From Verrucomicrobiota bacterium (GTDB taxonomy: Bacteria; Verrucomicrobiota; Verrucomicrobiia; Opitutales; Cerasicoccaceae): DNA of 64,000 bases. Under the pieces are notes generated by a model, which saw only the letters and a program-made list of their open reading frames with translations, was not told the DNA's origin and did not search any database. Positions 21,957 to 32,400 of this stretch are shown in pieces (positions within the stretch are counted from its first letter, which is position 1; every line of letters starts with the position of its first letter). Location of the stretch: assembly GCA_039818205.1 (NCBI GenBank), contig JBCBUK010000002.1, forward strand, positions 32,001 to 96,000, read 5' to 3'. Made by a program: the position numbers and the translations under genes.

Positions 21957-22022
21957 ACCTACCGCTAGTCAAGAGGGAGCAATTCTGTTCTACGTTGGCG
22001 TCAAACTTTGATTACATTCTCT

Positions 22023-22784
22023 ATGGGCATTCGTTTTATAGCAATCACCTGTCTCGTCGGCGCAATTTCAGTTGCTCCGCTGAACGCGCAAACGGACGTG
22101 TCTGACACGAAGGCAAAGCTGGCCAAGTGGGTTGAGACACGGCAGCTCATCTCGAAGGAAGCGTCGAATTGGCAAGTCGAGAAGGAATTCCTGATTTCGA
22201 CCGAGACGCTGCTGCAAGAACAGGCGGCAACACTCACGGAGCAGCTCGATAAGCTGCAAGAGGAGGGCACCGTAGCCGACGAAGAGCGTCGTGAGCTACT
22301 CGTCCGCCGCGCCGAGCTCCAGCGCACGATGACCGCACTCGAAGAGCGCGTTGCGGTGATGGAAGCCGAGGTATTACGTTTGGTGAAACTTTTCCCAGAA
22401 CCACTGCAGCGGAAGGTTGACCGTCTCGTCGTCGGAATCCCGGAGGATCCCGCCAGCACGAAGCTCCCGATCAGTAGCCGGATCACTCAAGTGTTGGGTG
22501 TCTTGATCCAAGCGGAGAAATTTAACAGCACCACAACCTCCTCCGGCGAGATTCGCGAAGTGGGTGATCAGAAGATCCAAGTCGATACGCTCTACTGGGG
22601 CTTGTCTTACGCGGTTTACGTCGACCCAAAAGGCGAGATCGCCGGGTTCGGTGTTCCTGGTCCAGACGGCTGGGATTGGGTTGAAGATAACGACGCGGCA
22701 CCTCAGGTCCGCAAGTTTATGGATATTAACCAGGGTAACACCGAAGTGATCGAGTTCGTCGAGCTACCGTTCACCGTCAAGTAA
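22023..22784 (+). CDS. DUF3450 family periplasmic coiled-coil protein (TtpB-like)
   Basis: Signal peptide, long coiled coil, C-terminal VDTLYWGL..A.YV; first gene of the exbB/exbD/tonB cluster. Confidence 0.8.
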   Translation: MGIRFIAITCLVGAISVAPLNAQTDVSDTKAKLAKWVETRQLISKEASNWQVEKEFLISTETLLQEQAATLTEQLDKLQEEGTVADEERRELLVRRAELQRTMTALEERVAVMEAEVLRLVKLFPEPLQRKVDRLVVGIPEDPASTKLPISSRITQVLGVLIQAEKFNSTTTSSGEIREVGDQKIQVDTLYWGLSYAVYVDPKGEIAGFGVPGPDGWDWVEDNDAAPQVRKFMDINQGNTEVIEFVELPFTVK

Positions 22785-22808
22785 GTATCTAAGAAACGCT
22801 ATTTTACC

Positions 22809-24269
22809 ATGAAACGGATGCACGCTATTACTTTTTCCATCGCCTGTTTGGGCGTTTCTTTGAGTCCTCTGCTTGCTCAAAGTGATTTTGCTTCGGTTAA
22901 CAGCGATATCGACGCCAAGCTCGAAGCCTCTTTGGCGGAACTCGCCGAAGTGCGTGATGAGATCGCGACTGACAAGATTCCTCTTTCACGTTCGGTCAAC
23001 GAGCTTGAGTCGGAGGTAGTCACTCTGCGTCGCGAGCAAGATCGTCTGCTTAAAATCAAGGACAGCCGCACGATCGACCTTTCATCCCTGCGCACACAGG
23101 TAGATCAGCTTGAAGACCAAGCCGAGTTTGTTGGCAATCGCCTCAAGGAGTTTATCAACGAGTTTGAAGGCCGGGTTCACGCCAGTGAGCTGCCCTTTTA
23201 TCAAGAGGACGTTTATGCTGCCAAGCAGGCGCCGGTTAACGTTAACCTGACCGAGGAGGAAAAGCGTGATATCCAAATTGCCGTTGTTGATTCGGCGATG
23301 AAGCGCATTGAAAATCTCATCGGTGGGCACGGTTACGAAGGTTCTGCTTTGAGCGACGGTGTTCTCTTGGACGGGCGCTTCGTCTCGGCTGGGCCGGCAG
23401 TCTACTTTGCGAGCAATGATGGTTCTGTTTATGGCTTAGTCGAATCCCAGGCGAACATCGCTGACCCCGTGGTCGTTGATTTGCCGAACAGCGTTGACGG
23501 TGGGATCAATGACACCGCAACCAGCGGAACAGGAACACTTCCCTTTGACGTTACTGGCGGCAAGGCACTCAAGGTTGAGATGTCCCGCAAATCACTGGGT
23601 GCCTACGTAGAAGACGGTGGCGAAGTTGGTTATGTCATCATCGCTTTGGGCATCATCGGTATTCTATTAGCGTTCTTCAAATGTTTCGAGATCCTTGGCT
23701 TCAAGGTCGCGAAACCCAAGGACATTGATGCGATCCTCGACGACGTGGAGAACGGTAACCACACAGCAGCCCAGGACAAAGCCAATAAGATTGGCGGATC
23801 CGCTGGTGAGATGTTGGCGGCTGGTGTTGTGAACTCCGAAGAAAAGCGCGGTATCTTGGAAGAGATGATGTTTGAACGCATCCTGAAGGCCCGTCCGTAC
23901 CTTGAGCGATTCTTGCCTTTCTTGGCGATCACTGCAGCCGCGGCACCACTCCTTGGTTTGTTGGGAACGGTTATCGGTATGATTAAGACCTTCCAATTGA
24001 TTACGATTTTCGGAACGGGTGATGCGAAGAGCCTTTCCTCCGGTATCTCGGAAGCGCTTGTAACCACCGCGCTCGGTTTGATCGTCGCGATCCCAACTTT
24101 GATTTTGCACGGGATGCTCTCACGTATGGCGAAGCGTAAGCTTGGTCTGCTCGAGCAAGGTGCGGTGGCCTTCGTGAACGGTGTGATGGCACGCCGCCAC
24201 CAGCCAACGCCAAAGCCTGAGCCGGAGCCGGTGCTCGAAGAGTCCGAGGAAGACAAGAAGAAGGATTAA
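22809..24269 (+). CDS. Long MotA/TolQ/ExbB family protein (TtpC-like)
   Basis: Signal peptide, large periplasmic region, C-terminal APLLGLLGTVIGMIKTF..GISEALVTTALGL. Confidence 0.9.
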   Translation: MKRMHAITFSIACLGVSLSPLLAQSDFASVNSDIDAKLEASLAELAEVRDEIATDKIPLSRSVNELESEVVTLRREQDRLLKIKDSRTIDLSSLRTQVDQLEDQAEFVGNRLKEFINEFEGRVHASELPFYQEDVYAAKQAPVNVNLTEEEKRDIQIAVVDSAMKRIENLIGGHGYEGSALSDGVLLDGRFVSAGPAVYFASNDGSVYGLVESQANIADPVVVDLPNSVDGGINDTATSGTGTLPFDVTGGKALKVEMSRKSLGAYVEDGGEVGYVIIALGIIGILLAFFKCFEILGFKVAKPKDIDAILDDVENGNHTAAQDKANKIGGSAGEMLAAGVVNSEEKRGILEEMMFERILKARPYLERFLPFLAITAAAAPLLGLLGTVIGMIKTFQLITIFGTGDAKSLSSGISEALVTTALGLIVAIPTLILHGMLSRMAKRKLGLLEQGAVAFVNGVMARRHQPTPKPEPEPVLEESEEDKKKD

Positions 24270-24287
24270 TCCTTTCCCTTAAATGCA

Positions 24288-24881
24288 ATGGGCGAAATAA
24301 CCATAGAGAAGATCATTCAAGTATGGCAGAGCGGGGGCACTGTGATGATTCCCCTGTTTTTCCTCGCTTGTCTGCTCTATACGCAAGCCTTCCAGCTGAT
24401 TTTTTATGTCCGTCGCACGAGCCTGAAAAAAAGCCAGGAGTTCCAATGGGCCGAGTGGGTCATGGAGCCGGAAAAAGCTGAAGGTCGCGTGGCCGAGATT
24501 ATTCGTTACACGCAAACGGACATCTCCTCAGCCAAACAGGTGCGCAATCGCTTCGACGAAGTGCGCATGGCCTTACTCAACCTCGTTGACCGTCGGATTC
24601 GCTTTGTGAACACCTTGGTGGCCACGGCACCTTTGCTCGGATTGCTCGGAACGGTGATCGGGATGCTGCAAACATTTCTGACGCTGGCCACCAGTAGCAG
24701 CGGCGAAGTCGCCAGCATTTCTGCCGGCATTTCCGAAGCTCTTTTGACCACCTTGACCGGGCTGATCATCGCGCTTCCTGGCCTGTTCATGGTGATGATT
24801 GTTCAGCGAATGAAACACGGCCTCGAAGCGCATGTAATGCGACTCGAGTGTCTCACCCTCAGCACCCTCAGAATCGACTAG
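24288..24881 (+). CDS. exbB: MotA/TolQ/ExbB proton channel
   Basis: APLLGLLGTVIGMLQTF, GISEALLTTLTGL. Confidence 0.9.
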   Translation: MGEITIEKIIQVWQSGGTVMIPLFFLACLLYTQAFQLIFYVRRTSLKKSQEFQWAEWVMEPEKAEGRVAEIIRYTQTDISSAKQVRNRFDEVRMALLNLVDRRIRFVNTLVATAPLLGLLGTVIGMLQTFLTLATSSSGEVASISAGISEALLTTLTGLIIALPGLFMVMIVQRMKHGLEAHVMRLECLTLSTLRID

Positions 24882-24883
24882 TC

Positions 24884-25291
24884 ATGGCGAGAAGAAGTAT
24901 TCTAGCTGAGAACGAAGAAGCGACGGAGATCAATCTGTCGTCCATGATCGACTGTATCTTTATCCTTCTAATCTTCTTCATCGTGACGACGGTTTTCGTT
25001 GAGGAGAGCGGCTTGGAGGTTAACAAACCAGATGCCGCTGCCGCCTCAAATTCCGATGAGGAAAATGAGTCGGTGGTTCTCGAAATTACCGCTCAAAACA
25101 AGATTTTGGTGGACGGTAAGGAAATCGCTCTATCCGAGGTCGCGAATCGAGTTAAAGCGGGTATGAAAAACGAGGAAACTCCAGTCATTATCCGCTCCCA
25201 CGAAAACGCCAAGCATGGCGTGTTCCTTGGTGTTTGGGACCAAGCGGTCATCGGTGGTGCCGATCAACTGAGCTTCAACACGACTAATTAG
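24884..25291 (+). CDS. exbD: Biopolymer transport protein ExbD/TolR
   Basis: [25 protein letters not shown] at 24884 just after the exbB stop. Confidence 0.92.
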   Translation: MARRSILAENEEATEINLSSMIDCIFILLIFFIVTTVFVEESGLEVNKPDAAAASNSDEENESVVLEITAQNKILVDGKEIALSEVANRVKAGMKNEETPVIIRSHENAKHGVFLGVWDQAVIGGADQLSFNTTN

Positions 25292-25302
25292 GAGATCATC
25301 GC

Positions 25303-25707
25303 ATGGCTGGACGTAGCATAATGAACGAACCCGATGAAGAGACAGAGATTAATCTGTCTCCGATGATCGACTGTATTTTCATCCTGTTGATCTTCTTTAT
25401 TGTCACAACCGTTTTCGTTGAAGAGCCCGGTGTTGATATCATCAAACCGGATGCGGTTACCGACGTGGATCTGGAAAAAAACAGCATCATCATTGCGATC
25501 ACCGCAGATAACAAAGTGGTCTATGGTGGCAAAGAAATCGGTATTTCCGGTGTTGGCCCGCGGGTAAAGCAGATGGTCAGCAAAGATGATATGCCGGTAA
25601 TCATTCAAGCCGACCAAGGATCGGACCATGGAGTTTTTTCCAAGGTTTGGTCAGAGGTCAAAAACGCTGGCGCGAAGAAGATCAGCGTATCCACCTTCCG
25701 AGGGTAA
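25303..25707 (+). CDS. exbD: Biopolymer transport protein ExbD/TolR (second copy)
   Basis: [28 protein letters not shown]. Confidence 0.92.
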   Translation: MAGRSIMNEPDEETEINLSPMIDCIFILLIFFIVTTVFVEEPGVDIIKPDAVTDVDLEKNSIIIAITADNKVVYGGKEIGISGVGPRVKQMVSKDDMPVIIQADQGSDHGVFSKVWSEVKNAGAKKISVSTFRG

Positions 25708-25712
25708 CTTAG

Positions 25713-26378
25713 ATGTCGGCTCCTAAATCATTTCAGATCCCCACCGCGCGAACCGATTTGCCGATCGGAATTGCGATCGGCGTGACCTTCTCTATTGGGC
25801 TGTTTGTCCTGATGGCGATCGCTCCCTTGATCGGCGATGTTAAGCCGCCGAAGAACGAGCTGGAAACTAAGGAGATCGCAATGCAGCCGCCAAGCCTGGA
25901 TGAGTTTGAGGAACCACCGGAGGAACCGGATCCACCTGAGGAGCCGCCGCCCGAATTGGAAGAGCCTCCACCCGAAATCTCCCTGGACGCGTTGGACATC
26001 GCCTTGAATCCTGGAACCGGGGGAACCCTGGCGGGTGATTTCGCTTTACCCAGCGTTTCGGCTTCCGCCGGTGAGCTTGGAACCGAAGAATTAATTGATT
26101 TTTCCGACCTCGACCAACCGCCGTCTTTGCTCGACAAGAGCCCGTTCAAATATCCGCGCAGTTTGACGATGAAAAAGGTCAATGGTCGCGTCGTCGTTTA
26201 CATCGAGCTGGACGAACAGGGGAACGTCACCAAAGCCGAAGTTGCCGAATCCACGCTGCCGCAATTCAATAGCTTCGTCGTCAAGGAAATGAGTAGCCGT
26301 AAGTTTTCGGCCCCAAGCCTACAAGGGCGACCCGTGAAAGCTAGAGCGAGGCTGCCAATTAATATTAATATCAATTAA
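25713..26378 (+). CDS. tonB: Energy transducer TonB
   Basis: N-terminal TM, EP-rich linker, TonB_C YP..L...GRVVV..DEQGNV..F.AP...GRPV. Confidence 0.88.
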   Translation: MSAPKSFQIPTARTDLPIGIAIGVTFSIGLFVLMAIAPLIGDVKPPKNELETKEIAMQPPSLDEFEEPPEEPDPPEEPPPELEEPPPEISLDALDIALNPGTGGTLAGDFALPSVSASAGELGTEELIDFSDLDQPPSLLDKSPFKYPRSLTMKKVNGRVVVYIELDEQGNVTKAEVAESTLPQFNSFVVKEMSSRKFSAPSLQGRPVKARARLPINININ

Positions 26379-26392
26379 ATTTCTACAAGAAC

Positions 26393-27781
26393 ATGAGAAG
26401 GTCCATTTCAATCCTCTTCACCAGTTTATCGCTGTCGGCGGGTTCACTCTTCGCCCAGGCTGAATTGCCCGCGCCGAGCGACGATCTCCTGCTCGAGCCA
26501 AGTCCATCCATTATGGACGATCCAGAATGGCAGAAGCGTTTTCTTGGCAGCTATGGCTTCTTGCCCGCTTTGGAACCCAAAGTAAATCAGGATGAGCTTG
26601 AGATCTTGCGCGACCTGATCGAACTGATGAAGGCAGATGCGGCCGCCGCGGCAACTCAGCTATCGGCCAACGTCAATGCCGAGAGTAGCCCGGCTTTAGT
26701 GTTCATCCTGGGTAATCTTTACTTCCAGGAAGGCCAGCTGGAAGAAGCAAAGAAATACTACCTTCAGGCGGTTGAGCGCCACCCGGACTTTCGCCGCGCC
26801 CACAAAAATCTGGGTCTCTTGTTCATGCAGGATCAAGATTTCAAGACTGCTCAGAAGCACTTCGCGCGTGCGGCAGAATTGGGCGAGCATGATGGCCGCA
26901 CCCACGGACTCATGGGGTTCGCCTACCTTAGCCAAGAGAATTACATTGCCGCAGAAGAAGCCTACCGCGACGCCATTCAGCAGGAGCCCGACGTAAAGGA
27001 CTGGCGCCTTGGCCTTGCCCGCGTATTGCTTGCAACCGAACGCTTTGGCGAAGCGGTTGCTCTGTTCGACAATTTGATCCAGGAAAACCCAACGGACGAT
27101 ACGCTTTGGCTCCTGCAATCGAACGCCTACCTCGGTATGGGTAAACCGCTGGAGGCCGTGGTAAATATCGAAGCGGTGCGAGCCTTGGGTAAACCGAAAA
27201 GAGAGAGCCTGATGCTGCTTGGAGACATCTATTTGAGTATGGAGATGCCCAGCCAAGCCTTGGACGCCTACCGAGAAGTGATTGACCGTGATGAAGGCCA
27301 ATCAAGCTACTCGACAATTTTCCGTGCCGCAAATCTCCTCTATCAGACTCGCAACAATCGCGAAGCAGCGGACTTGTTGGATTCCATCGAAGTGAAGTAT
27401 GCGGATTCATTGGACGTCAACAAGGAGCTCGAGCTACTAACCCTTAAGGCCAAGATTGCCCGGATCAACGGTGACAACGATCAGGCTGCCGAAATCCTGA
27501 AATCGATCGTTCGTCGTGATGGTACCCGTGGCGAAGCGCTAATAGAGCTCGCCGAATACTACCGCGACCAGGGCAAGCTTGAAGAAGCATTGATGTATAT
27601 TACGCAAGCCGAAGGCCTGGAAAAATTTGAAGCTAAAGCGCTTGCTAAACATGCGCAGATGCTTGTGAAGCAGCGCAAGTATGCGGAAGCCGCCGGTCTC
27701 CTCCAGCGTTCTCTAAATTTGAAACCCGACCCTCGGGTTGAGCGCTTTCTCGAGCAGGTTAAACGCGCTAGCCTCCGCTAA
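26393..27781 (+). CDS. Secreted tetratricopeptide-repeat protein (TtpD-like)
   Basis: Signal peptide; multiple TPR units (LGNLYFQEG..EEAKKYY..A...P, AHKNLG..). Confidence 0.88.
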   Translation: MRRSISILFTSLSLSAGSLFAQAELPAPSDDLLLEPSPSIMDDPEWQKRFLGSYGFLPALEPKVNQDELEILRDLIELMKADAAAAATQLSANVNAESSPALVFILGNLYFQEGQLEEAKKYYLQAVERHPDFRRAHKNLGLLFMQDQDFKTAQKHFARAAELGEHDGRTHGLMGFAYLSQENYIAAEEAYRDAIQQEPDVKDWRLGLARVLLATERFGEAVALFDNLIQENPTDDTLWLLQSNAYLGMGKPLEAVVNIEAVRALGKPKRESLMLLGDIYLSMEMPSQALDAYREVIDRDEGQSSYSTIFRAANLLYQTRNNREAADLLDSIEVKYADSLDVNKELELLTLKAKIARINGDNDQAAEILKSIVRRDGTRGEALIELAEYYRDQGKLEEALMYITQAEGLEKFEAKALAKHAQMLVKQRKYAEAAGLLQRSLNLKPDPRVERFLEQVKRASLR

Positions 27782-27798
27782 CTGGAATATCCATTGAA

Positions 27799-28611
27799 AT
27801 GTTACTCGAAACAAACATGAAGCATTTTGCGAAGCAACTCCTCTGGTTGTGCGCGATCGCGCTGTGTTGTGCCTCGAGTTTCGCGGCTCAAGAAAACTAC
27901 CGCCTTCGCGGTGTTCTCGATTTTGGCCGTTCCACCCAATTGACCTTGGTCAACGAGCGCACGGGCGCGGTCCACCAATTGAAAGTCGGCGATTCCCAAA
28001 ATCGCGCCATCCACGTCGTGAGTTGGGATGAGGGGCGCCAGGAAGCACAGGTCAGTGTCAATGGCCACATTGTCGTTCTCAAGATGGACGTGATGGACGA
28101 GAATTACTCGCTACCGACGCCCACGATATCTGCGAACCGATCAGGATCCATTGCCTTCGGAGGCAATTCTCAGGCTAACTCGTTGCCGGCAAATAGTGAA
28201 CCCAAACGTTTCTTGAATGGGAATCCAGCGGCAGGAAACTTGGAGAACACCACCTCGCCGACAGGCCCTTCCAATCCTGTTAACAACCGATCTGGTTTTG
28301 GAACCGGCAGCACGGGAGTCTCTTCGACAAACGTAGGGCAGGGAAGCTCACCGTTTGGCGAAGGCACCGATACTGGCAAAACCCAATCGGTTGGTTCTGT
28401 ACTTCCTGCGCGAAGTCGATCGGCCCAGATAACCGCGGCTGAGTGGTTCGGAGTTCAAGACAGCACGAATAATGTCACATTTCAGTTCCCAGGAACGGGA
28501 AGTTCCGATGGGGACGCGAGCAATGGCATGAAGGGGCAGCAAAACCCAATTTTGCCAACCGTTGATCCTTCGCCAAAAATAGATGCCAAAGAATTTTTTA
28601 CGACTCCCTGA
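27799..28611 (+). CDS. Secreted protein with GspC-HR/PilP-like beta module and low-complexity tail
   Basis: Signal peptide; YRLRGVLDFG...LKVGD module; S/T/G/N-rich C-terminal region. Confidence 0.65.
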   Translation: MLLETNMKHFAKQLLWLCAIALCCASSFAAQENYRLRGVLDFGRSTQLTLVNERTGAVHQLKVGDSQNRAIHVVSWDEGRQEAQVSVNGHIVVLKMDVMDENYSLPTPTISANRSGSIAFGGNSQANSLPANSEPKRFLNGNPAAGNLENTTSPTGPSNPVNNRSGFGTGSTGVSSTNVGQGSSPFGEGTDTGKTQSVGSVLPARSRSAQITAAEWFGVQDSTNNVTFQFPGTGSSDGDASNGMKGQQNPILPTVDPSPKIDAKEFFTTP

Positions 28612-29408
28612 TGAAAGTAGTTGTTAGCATATTGATTTCGCTTTTGCTCTCAGCCCACGCCGCGTTGGGCTCCACGGTTGAGGAGTGGAACACGCAGACG
28701 GATTTTTGGCCAGTTTGGGTCAAAATGAAACGGGTTATCGAGAACGAGGATGCGCCGGATGTTCGCATTGGGCGTCGTGGATTGGTCTCTCGGGTCGAAG
28801 GAGAAGAAGTCATCTTGGATTTTGGCGGAGAGGGTATTCACCGAGTCGCAATTTCGGATACCGATTTTGTCGAGGAGTTCGACGAGAAGGTCACGAAGGA
28901 CATTCGTAACCTCAGGGGAGGCATTGTTGGTGAGTTAATAGGAAACAAGCTTTTCCTGCCGGGCGTTGAAGGTCGCCCCCCAACCGAGTTTACCGAATAC
29001 TTCGACACCCGATATTTCCTGATTTACTACGCACCGATTGCCGATGAGCAGTCTTTGGTAATTGCTCAGGATATGGAGCGTTTTTTTGCCGGGTCAGCTT
29101 ACGAGTTCGTTACGTCGGTTTGGATGCCTACGGATGAGTATATGACTATTCGACACAATGTCGAAAACCTGGACGGCAAACTCTCCAGACGGTGGAAGGC
29201 TTTTATTCCTCAGTTTGCGCCTGGCTACCGGAAGTACTTTTCGCATGACGTTCCTGATAATGAGCCGACCCTTGTGTTGATTGACCGCAATGGTCGCATT
29301 GTCTACCGCGCAAAAGTTTCTGAGGACCCAAATTTAACTGCACTTACTCAAGCACTCAGCGCTGATGTCAAATCAGTGCACGCATCGACGGGAGCCAATC
29401 CCAGTTGA
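28611..29408 (+). CDS. Secreted protein with degenerate thioredoxin-like C-terminal domain
   Basis: Signal peptide; YFLIYYA...PTLVLIDRNGRIV; no cysteine; translationally coupled (TGATG). Confidence 0.6.
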   Translation: MKVVVSILISLLLSAHAALGSTVEEWNTQTDFWPVWVKMKRVIENEDAPDVRIGRRGLVSRVEGEEVILDFGGEGIHRVAISDTDFVEEFDEKVTKDIRNLRGGIVGELIGNKLFLPGVEGRPPTEFTEYFDTRYFLIYYAPIADEQSLVIAQDMERFFAGSAYEFVTSVWMPTDEYMTIRHNVENLDGKLSRRWKAFIPQFAPGYRKYFSHDVPDNEPTLVLIDRNGRIVYRAKVSEDPNLTALTQALSADVKSVHASTGANPS

Positions 29409-29429
29409 TCGATCCTATTTTTCGCTCCT

Positions 29430-32400
29430 ATGCAACTGACTAGATTTTTCACGTGTTTCTCGAAAGCACTGCTACAGAGCGGTCGTTTTGTTCTCACGGC
29501 TTTTTTGATGCAATGTTTGATCACCACACCATTTGTGGTGTTGCCTGCAAGCGCGCAAACGGAACAGCCTCCCGCCGAACAGGAGGTGACCCCGGAGAAC
29601 GCTGGCGAGCAGGGAGAGCCCCCGGCAATTCAAGAAGAGCAGCTCGATCAGGAAGAGAATCTACCACAGGGAATGGGTTCGGTCGTTGGCCAGGTGATTG
29701 ACCAGGACACCGGCGAGTATGTCGGTGGTGTGCGCGTGGCGGTGGAATGGCCTTCCCAACAGTTTGCGGATTTCGGGCAAAATCAGCCTCAAGAAAAACT
29801 CGACCTGACTGACCAGGATGGTCGTTACCGCATCAATGATATTCCAGCGGGATTCTACTCGTTGGTGTTCACGAAAGACGGATATCAGCCAATCAAGATT
29901 ACGGACGTAGAAGTAACCGCCGGTGGCACGACGCGCAATGACATCCCTTTTAAGCCAGCTTCGGCTGAAAGCGCTGGGGAAGTCTTTCAATTGGATGACT
30001 TCACGGTTTCATCCGAGGCGTTAGGCGAATCCGGTGTGGCCCTTGAAGCCTTACGGAAACAGTCGGCTGCGTCCGTCGACTTCCTCACATCGGCTGACTT
30101 CTCGAAGTATGCGGCAACTGACATTGGTGACGTCGTAAACCGTATCCCGGGGGTGGTTGTTCAGGATGGTCAGTTCCCAATCGTTCGAGGGCTTTCTGAT
30201 CGCTATAGTAGCACCTTGATCAATGGCATCCCGGTTCCGAGCCCGGACCCGTTCCGTCAGTCGGTGCAGTTGGACTTGTTTCCAACAAGTATCATGGAGA
30301 ACGTCGTCGCGAACAAAACCTTTCTGCCCTACATGCCGAGTAACTCTTCCGGTGCGAATTTCGAACTGGCAACCAAGGCTTTTCCAGATGAATTCACGGT
30401 TTCGTTCAAGGGAGGCGTGCGCTTCAACGATAATGCTCAAGATGTATTCTTGCGTGACCCATCCTTTGGAACTCGAGATTTGCTTGGCTATGGGAAGTCT
30501 ACTCGCCCAGGATTGCCCGATACGGATAACCGAGCAAGTGTTGCGTCATCGCTCACCAATCAGTTTGGCGTTCGTTTCGGTGGGTCACCCGTTGGCACGA
30601 CTTTGGGCTTCAGCGTGGGAGACACGCATGAGATTTGGAATCGTCAGGTGGGAGTTGTTCTGGCGGCCAGCTATGACAGCAAATACACGACCCGGATCGG
30701 ATTCCAGCAAGACCGCTTTGGCACTCGCAGTGGAACCAATCCAGACTGGCGGAGCATACCAGGTGCACGTCCTCCGGGCATTCCACCAGGCTTTATCCCA
30801 GACGGTACCCGCGGTGGTGAAGCCTTTGAGTTAGCGTTTCAACCCGGTTCGATGTATTTCGGCCGTCTGGATGCAACTGACCTCAACTACCAAACCATCC
30901 AGTCCGTTGGAACCGTGTTGGTGGGAGCGCTCGCCGGAGTCAGTGCCCATTTGGACCCAGAGGGGAACAATCAGCTTAGCTTCGTGACGCTCTACAGTAA
31001 CGTCGCAACCGATACCGTTCAGCAACGTGGTTTTGGCTACGTTCCTGGTGGTGGTTTGGAGTGGATTGATTCAAGCTCGGGATTGGACGTCATTGGTGGC
31101 GGCGGCACGGGATTCGTTTTCAACGAAGTCACGCAGTACGAGGAACGAAATCTCACCTCGTTTCAGTTGCTCGGGGATCACAACATTGTCCAGCTGGATG
31201 ACCTCAAGATTAACTGGGCGCTGAGTCATTCGAAGACCTCAGCGGACATTCCCCACCAGACTGACTTTTCCTACCTCTACGATACGAATCCGGGAGATCA
31301 GGGTTTCTACACCGAGGTGTCGACGGACTTCGTGCCATTCTTGACCCAAACTTGGCGGAGTATCGACGAGAACCTTGATTTTGCCCGAATCGATCTCGAA
31401 TACGATTGGAAGTTTTTCAACGACCTGATCGGGAAAGCACGGGCCGGTTTCTTCTACGAAAATGCAAGCCGCTCTGTCGAGGCGACCTTGATTTCTTATA
31501 ACACCCAGGTTTCCAACTCGAGTCGCTTTGGGTCAGTCGACGAGCTCATCAACGCAAACACCAACGCTTTCAATCAGGCAGGCGATGCCGGTGCTGGAAC
31601 CGGTGTCGGTTTTGTGAGCCCATCGACCGCTGATACCACCCGAAAAATTCGCGCCGCCTACGCGATGATGGAATTTCCGGTTACTTCGGAGGTCAAAGCA
31701 ATTGGCGGTGCTCGATTCGAGCAGATCAATATGTTTGCCGAGGGGTCCAGTGGCCTTGGGTTTACGAATAACGTCGCATTTTGGAACCAGACGCCGCCGT
31801 TCAGCGGACCGAACAGCCCAACCAATGGCGAAATTCTAGGGATTACGAATCCGGGCGCCCCAGGTGTCATCGACACGACCCGCACCTTGCCCGCCGCGAC
31901 GATTATCTATGAACCCGAATGGGCTGAGGGGCTCACCATTCGCGGAGCATTTTCCAAAACGGTTGCGCGTCCCTCTTTCCGGGAGTTGGGACCATACTTC
32001 GAATTGGACATTACGACCGGTGACCTGATTTTGGGTAACCCGAACCTGCAACTTTCCGACGTCCAAAGCTGGGATATCCGGGTCGAATATAATTTCACGG
32101 ACCACCCGGGCGATATCATCGCGGCGAGTGTTTTCTACAAGGACGTCAATCAGCCGATTGAGAAAGTAATCCTTTATGACAAGGTTGCCCGTCAGAGTGT
32201 GCAGTCCTGGTTTAACAATCCGGATCGCGCCGTGATCAAAGGGGTCGAGTTAGAGGTAGCCAAGAATCTCGGTGTGTTTGCACCTGAGCTCGAGGATTTC
32301 TCGATCTCGGCCAATTTCAGTCTGATCGATGCGTCGGTGGGTTACCCGGAGTCGATCGCAAACAGTTATATCGCGGAAAATTCTGTTCGCCTCGGCGGTC

